Shown here: piece after piece, positions 23,075-35,300 of the stretch
Numbering within the stretch: position 1 is the first letter of the stretch
How the letters are laid out: each line of letters starts with the position of its first letter
Source: Anthoceros angustus
Lineage: Eukaryota > Plantae > Anthocerotophyta
Assembly: GCA_010909165.1 (NCBI GenBank)
Contig: VJWM01000108.1
Span: forward strand, 620,001-684,000
Length of the DNA stretch: 64,000 bases
Reading direction: 5' to 3'
The notes under the pieces: generated by a model
Seen by the model: the letters and a program-made list of their open reading frames with translations, nothing else
Database searches by the model: none
Told to the model about the DNA's origin: nothing
Made by a program: the position numbers and the translations under genes

Positions 23075-23695
23075 CACTTGTCCTTGGGTCGCCAAATGGG
23101 GATGATTAATGCAAAATTGTCTTGGATGAAGGAATGCCTGCTCGTGGAATCATTTGTCCTACGAAATGGTAATCCACAAAGGCAAAATTTGTCCTGGCTC
23201 AAATGGTCATCCACAAATGGCAAAAGTATGTCAATGGACCACGAATGGGGCATCAACCATGTCAAACAATTGTCCTTCTTAAATGGTCATCCACAATGAA
23301 TGGCCAAAATTGACTGAGGCCAAGACATGGTCATGGCAACGACGATGGGAACATTTGTCCTTGGGTCACGAATTGACTTCAATATGGCAAAATTATGTCC
23401 TTGGACCACAATGGTAATGAACAATGGCAAAATTGTCCTTCGACAAATGATCTTCCATAATGGAAACATTTGTCCTTGGCTTTAAATGGTCATCGAATGG
23501 CCAAAATTGACTGAGGCCAAGACATGGTCATGAGAAGAACATTTGTCCTTGGGTCACGAAATGACCATACATAATGGGAATGTTTTGTCCTTGGACCACG
23601 AAATGCGCATGAGCAAAGGGAAATTATTTTCCTTCGATGAGGATATGGTAATCCATAATGGGCTAAATTTGTCCTTGGCTTACGAAAATGTCATA
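23075..23695 (+). repeat. Degenerate minisatellite, about 16 units of 36-45 bp (42 bp in the best-preserved units), core TTGTCCTTGG
   Basis: Recurrent TTGTCCTTGG/TTGTCCTTCG cores. The unit AAAATTGACTGAGGCCAAGACATGGTCATG occurs twice (about 23306 and 23503), indicating higher-order structure. Confidence 0.85.
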
Positions 23696-24098
23696 AAATG
23701 GGATGCCTATATATGCCAAACATGCATGGATGCCATATGCAGTAAAGGTGTGGTGGACAATCGCGGTTACGGGTGTTTTAGGCATGTGAATGCCACATGT
23801 GCACATATAGGTGGTGGCAAACTCCGAGCCTCGGCGAAATCGGCATGCATGGCACATGAGCCACCGGCATGCCCTAGGACTTACGCCTCCTCCTCCTCTT
23901 GCCCTCTTCCCCATCACCACAGTGGTTACCACCTCCTTGTCGCCATCGCTACCCGGAGCCTCGCTCACTTTGTCGCGGTTGTCGATTGTGCATGCAGTGA
24001 CTCGGTTGGCCTTCCTCGACCATGGTTTGGGACGTTGACTTTGAGGATTTGGCTGAAGTCGCTCGCTTAAGCTCGAACAACGCCGCCAATCCGGCCGG

Positions 24099-27000
24099 AT
24101 GTCCGCCATAACGCCGCCGGAAGGAGGAGAGGGCCCATCGACACCGCTTGCGCCAGCCGAGAGGGAGAGTGCCGAAGCCGGAAAATGGTCCACAAGGGAC
24201 TTGGCGCGGGAGCGACGGCCCAACCGGATGGAAGCACACGCCGGATGGTGGAAGCGGCAAGTGAGGTGGGCGCGGTCGTGGAGAAAGCCGATTCCACCGG
24301 GAGAGGTGGATGCTCATGGCGTGGAGCGGAAGCGGCGAGAGAGGTGGAGGTGCGGAGGAGGAGAACCTTCATACAGGAGTGGAGTCTGCCAAGAGGAGGG
24401 CGATGCTCGAAAGCGGTGGAGAGGGTGTCTCCAATGTGGGGAGCTAACGCTACTGCTTCTGCAGGAGAGAATCCAAAGCTGTCAGAGGAGGGATCTGCCA
24501 GGGCCGCGACATCCGGAGGGAACGAGGACATTGGCCTGAGTCCGGAGCTTGAGGGCTGTCCAACTTGAGGAGCATGGTGGTGGTGGGCCGAGTGGCCGAG
24601 AGAGATGGCATACGTTTTGTGGACCTTCGCGGTGGCGACGGACAACCCCAACAACGTGGCGGAGGGAGCCTTTGGAGGAGGAGACTCCAGGGAGTGGAGA
24701 CGGTCTGTGGACGCGGCGGAGGAGGGCCAAGGAGCGCATGCCTATGATGGTGAGGAGGGCGGTGAGGAGGAGGACACCGGGGCGAGGATGGGGAGAGCGA
24801 GCGAGGAGGAAGATGTGGAGATGGCGGATGCCGAGGTCGAGGAAGACATGCCGACTACATTGCCACATGAAATTGGAGAATTGATTGAGCACTGGCCGGT
24901 AAGCCATTAGACGATGTCATAGCCGTGTTGTGCAGCTACATGGGCGTGGTGGCGTGTACATGGGCGAGCCGGTTATGCGATGGAGGGTGGATAGAGAATG
25001 AGGAGGAGGATGAAGAGTCGTCCGATGAGGAAGGACGAGTGAGGAAGGCCTTCCACCAACGTGTTGGAGCTAGTGTGCAAAATGGAGTTGATGATGCCAT
25101 GGTCGAGCCAACGCGATAGAGACGGTGAGGAAGGTAGAGTATGAGTTTGCAAGTATAGAGCGCGAGGATATTGTGGCGTTTGCGGTGCATGCGGACAAGG
25201 AACCACAATGTGGGCAAGAAGGTGCGCAGGAAGGAGATGGAGGGAGAAGGGAAGGATGCAAAATGGTTGCATCCGCCTAATGTGAGCACGAAGGCATGGA
25301 GAAAGGTGCGGAGCAAGCCGTGTGACGCTAAGCATGGTGGTGTGTGGCCAACACCACAAGAAGTCGCCGCAACGCCGGCAAGAATTGCAAGCACGAGCAT
25401 GGGACGAATCCCTTTGGTCCAGGGAGCAAAGGAGTTCGAGAAACGGTATGTCCAACGCCGGGAGGGAGCGCAACTCGATGAGTTGAAGTGGGCAGCAAGG
25501 CATGGATTGGACAAAGATGCCGAGTAATCGAGTGGTAAAATAGTCGTTGACGTTAATGGAATGCTTGGTTGTGATATGTAGGTTTCATGGACGAGTCAAG
25601 TGATGTGTGTGCAAAATGGAGTTGATGATGCCATGGTCGAGCCACGACGAAGTTTAGAAAGACGTGAGGAAGGTAGAGTATGAGTTTGCAAGTATAGAGC
25701 GCGAGGATATTGTGGCCAGTTTGCGGGTGCATCGCGACAAGGAACCACAATGTGCAACAAGGAACCACAAGAAGGTCGCACTCGTGGAGGGAGAAGGGAA
25801 GGATGCAAAATGGTTGCATCCGCCTAATGTGAGCACGAAGGCATGGAGAAAGGCCGTGGAGCAAGCCGACGCTAAGCATGGTGGTGGCCAACACCACAAG
25901 AAGCGCCGCAACGCCGGCAAGAATTGCAAGCACGAGCATGGGACGAATCCCTTTGGTCCAAGAGGAGCAAAGGAGTTCGAGAAACGGTATGTCCAACGGG
26001 AGGGAGCGCAACTCGGATGAGTTGAAGTGGGCAGCAAGGCATGGATTGGACAAAGATGCCGAGTAATGGAGTGGTAAAATAGTCGTTGACGTTAATGGAA
26101 TGCTTGGTTGTGATATGTAGGTTTCATGGACGAGTCAAGTGATGTGTGTGCAAAATGGAGTTGATGATGCCATGGTCGAGCCACGACGAGTTTGCGAGGC
26201 GGTGAGGAAGGTAGAGTATGAGTTTGCAAGTATAGAGCGAGGATATTGTGGCCAGTTTGCGGGTGCATCGACAAGGAACCACAAGAAGGTGCAAGAAGGT
26301 GCAAGCGCAGAGGAGGAGAAGGAAGGATGCAAAATGGTGCATCGCCTAATGTGAGCACGAAGGCATGGAGAAAGGCGTGCGAGCAAATGGTGACGCAAGC
26401 ATGGTGGTGTGTGGCCAACACCAACAGGCCAAGCGTCGGCAAGAATTGCAAGCACGAGCATGGGACGAATCCCTTTGGTCCAGGAGCAAAGGAGTTCGAG
26501 AAACGGTATGTCCAACGCGGGAGGGCGCAACCTGGATGAGTTGAAGTGGGCAGCAAGGCATGGATTGGACAAAGATGCCGAGTAATCGAGTGGTAAAATA
26601 GTCGTTGACGTTAATGGAATGCTTGGTTGTGATATGTAGGTTTCGCTATGTAGGGGCGTGGTGAGTGATGCGTGTGCATGACCGCAGGAAGAAGGAAGGA
26701 AGTGGAAGGTGAAGGCCAGTCGTGAAGGAAGGCACAAACCAGTGGAGAGAAGGAAGATGGAGGAAGGTGCCAAACAGGGGAGCGTCACCGTCAAGTGATG
26801 CCGGAGGCAACGTGGATGGTGGGGATCCTGGAGGTGTGATGGCAGTGCCACCGACAAGGCGTATCACACGATCCGTGTCGAAAAGCGTGAGTAGGGTGGC
26901 AACCCGGATACTGAGAGATTGAATGCTATTCGTTTGCCGTCTGTAATTGTGGAAGTGGTGATTTGGCAGCCTATGGGGCCAGGAGTGAAGGGGCTAGCCA

Positions 27001-27150
27001 TTGAGGCTAGTGGGTCGAATGCCAGCCCACAGAAGGTGGACCACACCAGGAGGAAACGAGGAGGTGCTGAGCGAAGAGGGTCAAGCAAAAGACAACGGGT
27101 GTTGAAGCTGCAAGAGGAGTCTGAGTCGGACGGTGGCGAAGGGGTGTAGG
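24099..27150 (+). pseudogene. Intron-containing gene with acidic N-terminal region, possibly TnpA-like; one exon-intron block triplicated
   Basis: Acidic ORF 24605-24910 with GTAAG donor near 24899. The block KDAKWLHPPNVSTKAWRK...AKEFEKRYVQ..AQLDELKWAARHG followed by a GT...TAG intron-like segment is repeated at about 25060-25580, 25590-26110 and 26120-26640. Confidence 0.45.
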
Positions 27151-27879
27151 CGCAAGTGACATAGGAATGGTTGGTAGCAGTCTATGGGTAGGCGGGCCGT
27201 TTGTGGAGGGGGAATGTGAATGGTCAGAGATGTTTTCTTCAGGACGATGGAGTCGCCAGCATGGGTGGACCGTGATGGTCAATTAGCAACAAACAAGAGG
27301 GAATTGGTCTTCCACCTTTGTAGCCTAGCATTGACATGGGTCCTAATTGTGAAAGTGGTTATAGAGGTCGGATAGGTGTAGGAAGATGTGGAGGAACCCC
27401 GAAACCATTGGTGTTGGTCCAAGAGTCACCAAGTGACGCGCCGCCTGTGAGGCACATGTTGGTGGTGCACGCCAGACGATATGCCCATATCACGTGGAGT
27501 TCGTATTGCATCGTGGAAACAAAGTGCAAGGGATAGAGGACGATTGAAGTGTCCAAAAAATTTGATTTAAATTGTCAATAAAATCAAACACTTAGATATG
27601 TAAGGTATGAGAGTGACGTAAGGGTTAGCACATATATATTATTATATAAACAAGTCTTGATGCCTATATACACGATACGTATACAAAGAGGCATGTAAAT
27701 ACACTAATATAATAGAAGTATAACAGATGGATGTGTACATATAAACGTACATACATACTTATGTCTTGAAGCCTACAAACATATATATGTATATTGAGTA
27801 TATGCAAAGGAGGTAAAAGGAAGGAAGGACAGGGAGAGAGAGAGGTCATTGTAACAAGCAAGTTGAAAGAGGAATAGGG

Positions 27880-28452
27880 GAAGAGTATAAAATGGTGTGA
27901 TAGGGGAGGTCCTTCTCACAACATGAAGGAGGAGGAGAAGTGAAAGAGTATAAAAGGGTGTGATAAGGGGGCAATAAATAGGAGGTGAGGTGAGAGGAGA
28001 GAGACCAAGTATTGTGTTAAGATGGGGTGAGAAGGTGGATAAGAAAAGGACACCTTGAACACCAAGCCACCATAAAGTGTTGCAATTTTGAAGTGGTACA
28101 TGAAGTGAGAGACCAAGCATTGTGTTAGGATGGTGGGAGAAGGAAGAGAAAGAATGGACCAACTTAACACCAAGCCATCAAACCATGCTGGAAGTTGGAA
28201 GTGGTACATAAAATTGCAACACGACAGTAACAAGGGCAAGTGGGAAATTATTAACAATGCTTGTGAGAGAGGGGGTGTACCCAGAAGGGGGAGGTGGGAA
28301 GAGAGAGTGCCATGTTCGTGTTAAGATGGCAGCACCAAACGGGGACAGAACTAACAAACTTAATACCAACCCTCCAAAACATGTTGCAATGTGGAAGTGT
28401 AACAAAAAATTGCAACATCGACTGTAACATAGGGTGCCCTTTTCTAGTAGGG
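27880..28452. mobile_element. Subterminal region and right TIR of a CCCTA-ended CACTA-superfamily element
   Basis: Ends GACTGTAACATAGGGTGCCCTTTTCTAGTAGGG (28452). Homologous to 43960-44335, with TGTTGCAA/TGTAACA subterminal motifs. Confidence 0.8.
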
Positions 28453-28755
28453 CAAGATGCCAAAGTCGTTTGAGCCATTGCCAACAGGAGCAACATCAAA
28501 GTCCGGAGTGGGCAACGTGGAGAAACCTATGTGCAGATTGTTGATGGAGGCAATGGCACAAAAGCTCCTGGAGATGCCATGTTTCAGCCTATAAGACATG
28601 GGGCTAAGCGCGAAGGAAGTCAAGGGTTTGACTCGGCGGATGTTGACAACCCTTGAAGACTCAAATGCAAATTAGCTCAGTGGATGAAGCTTACTTGCTA
28701 CAATGATGAATCATGTATCAACTTTCTTGTATCGTTTCTTACCTTTTGGAAGGAA

Positions 28756-29247
28756 TCACAACATTAGTGTTGCAAAGGCCCTCCTCATGTCATAGCCTTG
28801 TGTGACAAGCTCTTGCATCATCCCTTGGCACTCTGGACCTGTGAGATCCCTTCCCTGTGCTGTTGGGTCAGGCAGATTAGCCATTAGGGTTTTTAGCTCC
28901 TCCAATTTTGTTTTCGCAATTTGCAGAAGATCTTTCAGCTCTTTGATTTTGTCCATAGGTTCTAGCATGTGCCTGAGTAGAACTAAGTTGATTGTTGTGG
29001 GTGTCCATTTCTTGCCGTTGGTTGAAGCATCTTCTTTAGGCGTTGTCGGATTGCCATATCTAGGGCGCGCATCCCACATCAGCCGCGCCTCTTGTTCGCT
29101 CCTGTATGTTTTGGTCTTGGTTTCTTCACTTGCAGCCCTAGGTTGTTTTCCCTGGCTTGACAGCCTGCAGATCTTGGTTATCACCATCTTTGCAGCTACT
29201 AGCATAATGCTACTAACGATGATTACTTGCAAGCATGAGCCCGCCAC
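28756..29247 (-). CDS. Hypothetical 163-aa ORF with a coiled-coil-like segment, antisense to an adjacent LTR element
   Basis: Open frame containing MDKIKELKDLLQIAKTKLEELKTLM; lies just 5' of a PPT/LTR boundary at 29365-29377. Confidence 0.3.
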   Translation of the reverse strand: MAGSCLQVIIVSSIMLVAAKMVITKICRLSSQGKQPRAASEETKTKTYRSEQEARLMWDARPRYGNPTTPKEDASTNGKKWTPTTINLVLLRHMLEPMDKIKELKDLLQIAKTKLEELKTLMANLPDPTAQGRDLTGPECQGMMQELVTQGYDMRRAFATLML

Positions 29248-29372
29248 AGGATTCTATCTTCACAGATTCAAACATATTGATGCTTCGGCACATTTGAGAA
29301 GATGAAGCGTTGCTCACACTATACCCACGCCTTAGTAGTTACCTTAATTTAACCCTTGAGGTTAAGTGGGAG

Positions 29373-29542
29373 TGTTGAAAATATGCTTATCGTACATGTA
29401 TAACCTGCTCGGGTTAATCTATAAACAAGTTAGGTTAATTAGACTTTAGTGATGTATATAGGATAATTTTGATATATAATTTGCGAGACTTTTTATATAT
29501 GCTTGTTTAGTCTCCTCTAGCGTGCTCTCTTGTTCTACCACA
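29373..29542 (+). mobile_element. Short LTR preceded by a Copia-type PPT
   Basis: AAGTGGGAG|TGTTGAAAAT boundary. The same boundary occurs inverted at 41461-41473. The 3' end (..CTACCACA) is approximate. Confidence 0.55.
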
Positions 29543-30859
29543 CAATCCATGCTCGAGGATTTTTCTCAAATCCTAGGGATGTTAGGGTGATGACCACAAT
29601 TCTGGTGGCTACAGACCAGTGACATTGATGAAGATGAGGGCTGATGGCTGAGGGAGGTAGCCGACTTGTGCAGGAGAAGGAGGCTGCTAAAACTAGCTAG
29701 ATGTGCAAAGATACTAACTAATGCGCTATGCAAAGGTACTAACAAAAGTTGCTTCATGTCATTTTTAGGGTTTCCAGGAAAAGGAGAACTTAAGGGATGT
29801 GAAAAATTGCCAGCTGGAAACTTAAGTTAGGCTACCTTTTCAAGTGGCTCTCTTCACCAACCGCCACAAGATCTCGTAGTGCCTCTTGGTAGCTAGCAGC
29901 AAGATGTTGTAGAATTAGGCAAAATTCTGCACACATATGCTGCAATTCATGCTTGAGGCACTATAGCCCTAGTAGAAATCACTGTGCCCTTGGGCGCCTT
30001 ATCTTGTCATGGCTTGAGGCTAGGGTAGTAGAGTGCAACAACTAGGTCTCTAACAGTGAAGGCAGCAGATCTTCCAGAGTTCATTTGTTCAAGAGAGACA
30101 GCCAAATCATCTACGATGGCCTGGATTTCTTGGAGCCTTCTATAAACCGAGGCAATCATGCCAGCCAATTGTGTGGAAACTCTCATCAGCAGATTTTCTG
30201 TGGATTGAAGGCGGGAATTCAAGAGCTGTCCAGAGTGTGCATGGTTGACAAATTCCAAATTATGGTCTTCTTCCCTATGCTGCATTATGAACTCCTGAAT
30301 GATGGGTGCAGGGACGCAGACGGAGAGGATCATCGCGAAAATTCCTAAAGTCTGATTTTTGCACTGGTGATCTCGTAGGGTGTTTGCAACTCAAAACCTG
30401 CTCGAGTGTCCGATTCTTGAGGAATTTTCTATCCAATTCTGCCTGCGCTTTGAGATGATCAGCAGCATCAATAAAACAGAACAGATCCTCAATTCGATAC
30501 CCTGTACTCCGCGTCATTGTTGTTCTACTTTTCACATGTAGAAATAAAGCAAGCAAAAATCGTAGCCCTAGGAGCTATGAGGTCCTAGGATATAATGAGG
30601 TCTGCCATGTAGATAGAATATCATTGATCTAACATACTCTCGGACATTGAGCACCTGGTGCTATGATACCATGAAATTGTTAAGAGCGGAAACTCTTAGG
30701 ACTGCAAAGGAGAATTTTGTAATTAATTGAAAATAGAATACAAAATTTTCTGGATTACTTGTGTGAGGTTATATAATTAATTGAAATAAAATATAAAAGT
30801 ATGATGATAATTTACTACAAACTTAATTATTAAACATATAATAATGGGGAATATGAGAT

Positions 30860-32080
30860 TTTATAATGCAAAAGAAATCGGAAACCATCTACCCATAGGA
30901 ACTAGACCATGGAGGACTAACTCCCGTTGACGCCAATCTTGTAACTGCCTACTGCACCAAGGATATCAAAATCCAGGATGCGAAAGGGCCTACCCACAAC
31001 CGGTAGCAAAGAAGCCTTCTGCCCTACGCTCACCGATGTTCTATACACTGCGTTGGCCAATGCCCGTTGCAAGGCGATGAACACCCGTTGTCTGTAGAAA
31101 GCCACAATACATGAAAGAGGAAGGCCATTCCCGTTCCTGCGGCTGTGGTACTCCCTAGTACAGGTCTTAAGGAACCTAAAAAAGGCCTTGCCCATGGCCC
31201 CATGGATCTCTATGGCGGAGGGGATGAAGGCGGGCCCCTACTGCATAGGAGAGTACTTACGAACCTTCGCCATGGCACATCCCTCCATTGCCCACGCTGA
31301 TGGATTGAGGATCACATGTTCACTGACGGAATCCCGAGTAGGGTCAGTGACAACCACATCTGCAACCGAAACCTAGTCTCCCTAGGCCAGGAAAAGGTCT
31401 GCCCAGAGGGAAACCCCGTCACGCAGAGTATAAAAGCGCTCCCTATAAGGAAAGAAGCCTCCCTCCTTGGCAACGAAAACATGCCGTCGCGAACAGCATG
31501 ATGTATAGCAATGCACTGCCCGCCCGCAGGACAACAATCAAGATGAGTACCCGAGTCGTCGAGGGGCACCCCACAACTGCAAGCCTGGAGAGAGTAGGCC
31601 AAAGGCTGGACCAAGCCTAGGTGAAACCTTATCGCTATAGAAAAAGAGCCTAGGTGAAACCCTATCGCAAGAGAAAAAGAGCCTAGGTGAAACCTTATCG
31701 CAATAGAAAAAGAGCATAGGTGAAACCTTATCGCAATAGAAAAAGAGCCTAGGTGAAACCTTATAGCGATAGAAAAAGACAAAGGTGCGATTGGAAAGCC
31801 TGAATGCCAGGTCGTACAAGAAACCATGAACCTGCTCCCTTACTTGAGTAAGAACGGAAACAGACACGAACTATCCTGGAAATGGACGATTCCCGAAGAA
31901 GGCCACCTGCACCTACCAATTCTGCTTCTCCAAAAGGGATGCTTGAACTCTGCAAAATCAGGCCCCGGTAAACGAAGCAATAGAACGTAAGGCCGTCCTA
32001 ACATATGTGGGTAAAGAACCCTAGCCATTGGAGGGCCACCTGCAGGGAACACCACCCTCCTCCACTCCCGGCGAGGAAAA
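30860..32080 (-). mobile_element. 5'-truncated CRE-clade (RLE) non-LTR retrotransposon
   Basis: RSYSSKGAGSWFLVRP, FSIAIRFHLG, CSCGVPLDDSGTHLDCCPAGGQCIAIHHAVRD (zinc motif), ADVVVTDPT, FIPSAIEIHGAMGK and FYRQRVFIALQRALANA, in the order expected for the post-RT zinc-knuckle/RLE region. Confidence 0.82.
31614..31778 (+). repeat. Five tandem 33-bp units, in frame within the CRE ORF
   Basis: AGCCTAGGTGAAACCTTATCGC(T/A)ATAGAAAAAG units start at 31614, 31647, 31680, 31713 and 31746; the minus strand reads (S)FSIAIRFHLG x5. Confidence 0.95.
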
Positions 32081-32348
32081 CGATTTTCCCCTGTGATTAA
32101 ATATATAATAATTAATAGGTTAAGCTAACCTTCACTTCTAACACCCAAGGGCATGCCAGATTTGCGGTTGGCTCTTTGAGCCGCAGCCAAGAAAGCTTTT
32201 AGTGGCGAAGGAGGAGAAAAATATGTCTTTTGAAAGTCATCTGACGACGTAGAAAAAAAGAAAACTTCAAGTGAACTTACTTATGGCTGACGGGATAACT
32301 TGTCAATAAAAGCCCACTGGGGATTTCCATGGTAGGTTGGGGACAGCG

Positions 32349-35300
32349 CTAGCTAGCTGCGTGCACAAATGATTTTATTTTCATCAGATATCTCGGGTGG
32401 TGAAAGAATCCGTACCTGACGCAGACCCTTCTTGTCATCCTTTGGGCATTCAGCCTTGCTGGGCTCTTGATATGCTTCTCATGCCCAACCATGAAACTAT
32501 GCACCACTCCGTCCTTATCTGCCCACCAGCTCTGACCGGGCTGCTTCCATGCCCTCATCCGTATTCTCCTCTCCTGGATGTTCTGTGCTCGCTTCCACAT
32601 CCCAGCACTTCTGTATATGTTTGACATCAAGACATACGCTGTGGCATCTCTCTCATCTAGATTGACTGCTTCGTGGAAAGCATGGTGTCCCACCTCCACG
32701 CTGCTCCATTTTCCACAAGCGCCCAATAGAGTGTGCCAAACAGCAGCATTAGGCAGTACAGGCATTGTCCTCACAAATGCTAGTGCGTCATTCAGTTGCC
32801 CTGCACGACCCAGGAGATCCACCATGCATGTGTAGTGGGCCTCCGTAGGAACGATGCTGTGGTGTCCGGTCATGGCCTCAAAGTACTCCCACCCCTTCTT
32901 CACTAGACCCACATGACTGCAAGCTATTAGCACGCTGAGCAGCGTGATGCCGTCTGGCTGTATGCCATCCTCTTGCATTCGCTGGACCAATTCAAAGACC
33001 ATTTCACTGTCTCCTTGACAGCTGTAGCCTCCAATCAGTGCATTCCAGGCAACAACATCTCTTTCTGGGAACGCATCAAATACAAGTTGTGCATCAACTG
33101 TGCTGCCTGACTTTCCATACATGTTAATCAGACTGCCAGCTACAAGCGCATCACCTTCAAGACCTTGTTCTAAAATCTGTGCATGTAGCTGTCGTCCCAG
33201 AAATAAGGCCGCCACATTTGCACATGCCTGGAGGAGGCACACAAAAGTCACAGAATTTGGTGCAGCCAGGCCTTCTTCTTGCATACACCTGTAGAGCTGA
33301 AGCGCTAGCTGGCTCATGCCCTGCTGAGAGTAACCTGCTATCATCACAGTCCATGTCACCACATCTTTTTCACTAAGTCCATCAAACACCCTCTGAGCAT
33401 CTGCCAAGCTGCCACACTTCACATACATATTTAGCAAGCTACTCACTACAACCACATCAGCATCCTTCCCCTGGTCTCTAATCTGCGTATGCAGATGCAT
33501 CCCCTTCTCCAACCCAAGGGTCCCCATGCTTGCACATGCCTGCAGGAGGCACACAAACGTCACAGAATCGGCTACAGAAATGCCCTCATGTTGCATAGAA
33601 CTGTAAAGATGAAGAGCTTCCTGGCCCATCCCCTGCTGGGAATATCCTGCTATTATAGCATTCCATGTCACCACATTCTTTCCATGGAGTTCATTGAACA
33701 GTCTCCGAGCCTCCTCCACGCTGCCACACTTTGCATACATGTCTACTAAACTGCTAGCTACAAACAGATCGGCTTGGTGTCCTCGTTCTCTAATTTGTGC
33801 ATGAAGATGCTGACCCTTCTCCAATGCCGGGGTGCCCACACTTGCACATGCTTGCAGAAGGCACACAAATGTCGCGGGGTCAGGTACATCCAAGCCACCT
33901 TCTTGCATGGCACTGTAGACACGAAGGGCTTCCTGGCCCATGCCCTGCTGGGAGTATCCTGCTATCATGGCAGTCCAGATCACCAAATCCTTTTGACCGA
34001 GACCATCAAACACAATCTGAGCATCGTCCAAGCTACCGCACTTTGCATACATGTTTACCAAGCTGCTCACTACGAAGACATCAGCTTCATGTCCTTGTTC
34101 TCTAATCTGCTCGTGGATATGCCTCCCCTTCTCCAATGCCGGAGTGCCCACGCTTGCGCATGCCTGCAGGAGGCACACAAATGTCACCGAATCAGGTACA
34201 ACAATGCCTTCTTCTTGCATACAGCTGTAAAGACGAAGGGCTTCCTTGCCCATGCCCCGCTGAGAATATCCTGCTATCAAGGCGTTCCACGTCACTACAC
34301 TCTTCTGAACAAGTCCATCAAACACTCTCTGGGCGGCCTCTAAGCTGCCACACTTTGAATACATGTTTACCAAACTGCTCGCTATGGACACATCAGATTC
34401 ATGTCCTCCTTCTGTAATTTGTGCATGAAGATGCTTGCCCTTCTGCAATGCTGGGGCGCCCATACTTGCACAAGTCTGCAGGAGGCACACAAAGGTCATT
34501 GAATCGGGTACAGTCATGCCTTCATCTTGCATAGAATTGTAAAGATTGAGGGCTTCCTTGCCCATACCACACTGGGAATATCCTGCTATCATGGCAGTCC
34601 AAGTCAATACATTTTTTTGATCAAGTTCATCAAACAGTCTCCGAGCATCCTCCAAGCTGCCACATTTTGCGTACATGTGTACCAGACTGCTGGCAAGAGA
34701 TACATCTGCTTGATGTCCTCCCTCTCTAATCTGCATGTGAAGATGCTGTCCCTCCTCCAACGCCAGGGTGCCAACACTTGCACATGCTTGCAGGAGGCAC
34801 ACAAAAGTCACAGAATCGGGGACAACAACCCCTTCTTGTCGCATGGCCTGGTAAAGACAAAGGGCTTCAAAACCCATGCCCTGCTTCGAATAGCCTGCTA
34901 TCATAGCGTTCCATGTTACCACATTTTTTTTACCAAGTTCGTCAAACACTCTCCTAGCATCCTCCAGGCTGCCACACTTTGCATACATGTCTACCAAACT
35001 GCTGGCTACAAACACATCATCTTGATGTCCCCGTTCTCTAATTTGCACATGAAGATTTTTTCCCATCTCCAATGCCAAGGTGCCAACGCTTGCACATGCA
35101 TTCAAGAGGCACATAAATGTCACGGAATTGGGTACAGTCATGCCTTCATCTTGCATACGGCTGTAAAGCCTAAGGGCTTCCTGCCCCATGCCCTGCTGGG
35201 AATATCCTGCAATCATGGCAGTCCAGGTCACCACATTTTTTTCAGCGAGTTTGTCAAACACTGCGCGAGCGTCTTCCAAGCTGCCACACTTTGCATACAT

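Noticed and set aside
23075-23695. CRISPR-like spacing of TTGTCCTTGG cores
   Set aside because: The intervening sequences are related to each other and the core is short and degenerate. The context is eukaryotic with no cas genes.
29967-29980. CCCTAGTAGAAATC resembling a TIR
   Set aside because: No subterminal TGTTAC repeats follow and no partner end was found. It is chance or a tiny remnant.
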